Of a DNA stretch of 64,000 nucleotides, positions 60,343 to 64,000 are shown piece after piece (the stretch's first letter is position 1; the number at the start of each line of letters is the position of its first letter). The notes under the pieces were generated by a model. It did not search any database. It was given only the letters and a program-made list of their open reading frames with translations, and had not been told where the DNA came from. The translations under genes and the position numbers were made by a program. The stretch is from the human T2T-CHM13v2.0 reference genome, Homo sapiens: assembly GCF_009914755.1 (NCBI RefSeq), contig NC_060947.1; one strand, written 5' to 3'.

Positions 60343-63036
60343 CTAAAAATACATATAAGACTTTTAGATTATGATTATTCTGAGGTGGTAAATAAAAAAT
60401 AAACATAAGAAATTGACATTAGGAAGTGACTTTTAATTTCTTCTGGTAAGAAATGGACTGAGAATTACTAAATACTAATTTTTTTGTTGCTAATTCATAT
60501 TTGCAATGTTCATTATCTTTATATATTGGTTCAATTTAATTATTTGTAACTATCATGAATTGGATACCTACAATTCAATAAGAAACTGACTACCACAGTA
60601 TAAAGAACATTAAGACACATTTCACAAGACAATGAATTCACATAAAAAAATTAAAAATAGCACCAGTTGTCAACCAAATCAGCAATTTTTTAAAAATGGT
60701 CTTACTCAGTTATCGAGTGTGTGGGAAAAAATAGTTACATTCATATATAGCCAATAGTAATATAAATTGACCCAACCTTTCAAAATGTAAATTTTTATGA
60801 TACATATCAAAAGCTTTAAAATATTCATACCTTTTGACTCAGTCAGTATATTCTATTTCCGTTATCCAGAGGAGATAATCAAATCTAAATATAAGTGGTG
60901 ATTACTGGACTATTTTATATTGGCTAAAGATTGGAAACAATATCTCTACCAATCAAAAAATGATTAAATAGATCATGGTAAAGTCAACCCTGATGAAACA
61001 TTATAGTACCATTAAAACTCATGTTTTCAAAGAATGGTTAAAATTTTTGGGAAAGACCATGAAAGAATATTAAGTGAAGATAGAATACAAAAAGTTATAT
61101 AGTTTCCAGTACTCTTTAATACAAAAGAAGTATTTTTAGCAGCATAGCAAAAAAGACTAGAAAGAAATACACCAGTATATTATCAGGGTACTGTTAATAT
61201 AGATGACTTAATTTTCCTTATGGATTTTGTAAGAAAATGTGACTGAATAACACAGTGCATAATATGAACTTACTTAATAAAACTTTTAGACATTAGGTGG
61301 TCTTTCCCATTGCCGCTCACAAAAAAAGGGGGAATAAAAATAGATAAATCTCATCACCGTGAATACTGGAACACATAGCTCCTATTTTTCTACCCTAGTA
61401 TATGACCCAGAGTAATAAAGCTTTGTTAATCCGGTTAAAATAAATTATCTACAGGAATATTATTGTTCAGAAAATGTTTTTCCCGTTTCTTGTCCAAGGA
61501 TTTATGCTATCTGCAAAAAGAGCTGTCAGTGATCTCTTTCTTCTTTTATTCTGCAATCAAACAGCAATTACCCTTTAATTGACTCATCTTAAACATCCCA
61601 ATCACCCCTGCCAGGAAAACAAAAAGACTCAAACCATTTACTACCCACTACTAAAATAAAATAAAACAATCCAGGGCTAAGTAGAGAAAATGGACAAAGA
61701 CAGAATTATAGTCTCCTTTTAGTTACTTGATTGAGAACACTCCACTTATATTAATTCAACACAGAGAAACTAGAAATCAACTCTGCTGAATGTCTAAATC
61801 TGCATATATTTACCTATGCACCAAAATTCTATTACAACAAAACAATTTTGAATTTTGGAATTACAATGGTAATCTAATATTTCATTAAGAGAAAATCTGT
61901 ATTTTGTAAACTCTTGATCATTTGTGTGAACACAGGGACATGGTAGCATGAATAATTTCAGATTAATTTATATTTGTCTTTGTTCAACTTTAGATTCACC
62001 CAAAGTACAGAATGGCATAATTTTTATAGCGGGAAGGGACCTACAGATCATTTAGTCTATCCTTGACATTTTGCAAAAGAAGGAGCCAAGACCCAGAGAG
62101 ATTAAATGACTTAAACAAAATTCTAATACTTTCTCAGCTATAACACACTGTATCTTCATAATTTAAAAAATGGTAATGTGTATGTAGATAAAGAACTGTC
62201 TGTATATAATTGAACAAAGAGCTTACTAAAGAATAATCACCACTTACATATATGTCATTCATCTTCACCTACCCGATCCTGGCCTCACTCCTGATTATGA
62301 TTAACTGATAGAAAGCACAATGGGAACTCCCACAATGGGAGATCCCTCTTACTACTACTGCCACAGAGTGGGAGCGGGAAAAGGAGGACTCCATTTAGCT
62401 GCTAAGACAACAGGGAAAGGTACAGGAAATAAGCTGTTTAATCAGAGTATAGAGAAAGAAAAAAAAAACAATTCTTTCTTACTGCCAAATTAATTCACAG
62501 CACCTTAACTCTAATTGGAGCCTCAGCTGTAATTCCACTGATATAATACATTTATTATGAGCTAAATAGTATTCTGTGGGGGCAGGTGTAAACCTAATAA
62601 CCATATTTCACCAAGTTTCTATAGAAAAATGTAAAGTCTCAAATAGTCAACCTAACAAATTTTAAAATACAATCTAACCATAAATTAAGGATTGCCTGGT
62701 TGTGTTGAACAGACACAAGCATACCTACTAACACTTATATAAGTATGTAAACAAATATGTAAAAAGAAGAATGAACTGGCTAGTAAGTGAACAGAAAAAT
62801 AAATACAGGTACATACTTAGTTATGTGAAGAATAAGGGAGAAAAGCATGACAACTTAGGGAAGAGTAATATTTTCACCTTCCTGGGAATAACCACAAAAA
62901 ACTCACAACCTTTTCTGCCTCTAGATGTTTCCTGCTCCACTAACCACACCCAAGGGGCTTCATATTTCTAGAGGCAGGAAGAAACACTATAGAAGACGGA
63001 AAAAAGGGACTAGCTTAAAAGAACCACAGAATGCTA

Positions 63037-63330
63037 ATTTCTTTCTAGAGACAGGATCTCACTCTGTCACCCAGGCTAGAGCACAGTGGTGCAAGCATAG
63101 CTCACTGCAGCTTTCAACTCCTGGGCTCAAGTGATCCTCTCACCTCAGCCTCCAGAGTAGGTAGGACTATAGGTATGTACCACCATGCCCAGATAGATTT
63201 TTTCATTTTTGATAGAGACAGGGTCTCACTATGTTGCCCAGGCTGGTCTCAAACTCTTGGCCTAAAACAGTTCTCTTGCCTCGGCCTACCGAAGTGCTGG
63301 GGTTATAGGCATGAGCCACCATACCTGGCT
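63037..63330 (-). mobile_element. Alu (AluJ), antisense
   Basis: Alu reverse complement; TSD ATGCTAATTTC. Confidence 0.85.
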
Positions 63331-63387
63331 GTATGCTAATTTCATACTAAATCTTGGTTGCCTAAGTACACAAAGCAGTAAACACAC

Positions 63388-63499
63388 CGGATCAGTAGTG
63401 TCAGAAGAACTTTCAAATGTATTCAGGTGATTAACAACGTCCTTGAGATCTTGGGCCATTTGTTTCAGCTGAGCATCTATACTTTCTGCTAATCTGTAA
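63388..63499 (-). CDS. NUP62CL: NUP62CL 112-nt exon (YRLAESIDAQLKQMAQDLKDVVNHLNTFESSSDTTDP), probably usually skipped
   Basis: Acceptor ttgccttttcag|T, weak donor CCG|gtgtgt, no stops. Resembles recalled NUP62 YKLAENIDAQLKRMAQDLKDIIEHLNT...DTSDP. Confidence 0.75.
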
Positions 63500-64000
63500 C
63501 TGAAAAGGCAAGTAAAATAAAGGGATTAACAAAAAGTGTTTTCTCCACTACCTATTGTTATTGATATATAAACATGACACTACCAATTGGATTTGCCCTA
63601 ATTCCCCTGTCTTTTCAGTGGAGCTCAGTTATGACTACTGATATATTTTCATGGATGCAGCATTTGTGACGTTATTATTACCATGTTCTAAAAAGACTCC
63701 AAATGAGAAGACTTTTATCTACCTTGCCTTTTTACCTTCACCTATTTATCCTCTAGGTGAATACCCTGGGGATCTGTAGAGCAAAGGAATCCTTTAAGGT
63801 GTCAAAATACACCTATAGCACATTTACATACAAAAGAGAAGTTATTTAGGGTTTGGCAATATTCAATAGATGCTGAGATGTCTTCAATGATCTTGAATAC
63901 ACAAATTTTCAAAATAAAACCTCATATAAATATACTTCATCAGGCAAAAAAGATGTTTTGAGAAATGAGCTTCACAATAATCAAAGATAGACAAACCTGC

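Overview
Primate, most likely human, X-chromosome genomic DNA that is AT-rich and dominated by Alu, L1, L2, MIR, MaLR and DNA-transposon fossils. Two spliced genes lie on the minus strand. The first is the 5' part of RBM41: CpG-island promoter at about 30.9-31.4 kb and six coding exons down to 956, one of them a 72-nt cassette with a GC donor. The second is the last three exons of NUP62CL. A GTF3C6 processed pseudogene sits in the last NUP62CL intron. Three observations stand out. (1) Three decayed, apparently intronless, plus-strand copies of an AKAP1-like KH-Tudor gene lie at about 33.3-34.3, 52.5-54.3 and 55.1-55.6 kb, and two of them share a C-terminal extension with a second Tudor-like domain. 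(2) An intact 112-nt NUP62CL exon, if included, restores a complete open NUP62-like C-terminus across three exons. (3) The GTF3C6 retrocopy seems to carry about 3.4 kb of 3' flank from its source locus. Several template-switch fold-back scars, a twin-primed L1 and a micro 3' transduction are also visible. Protein comparisons are by eye against sequences recalled from memory. Repeat subfamily names and repeat boundaries are approximate.
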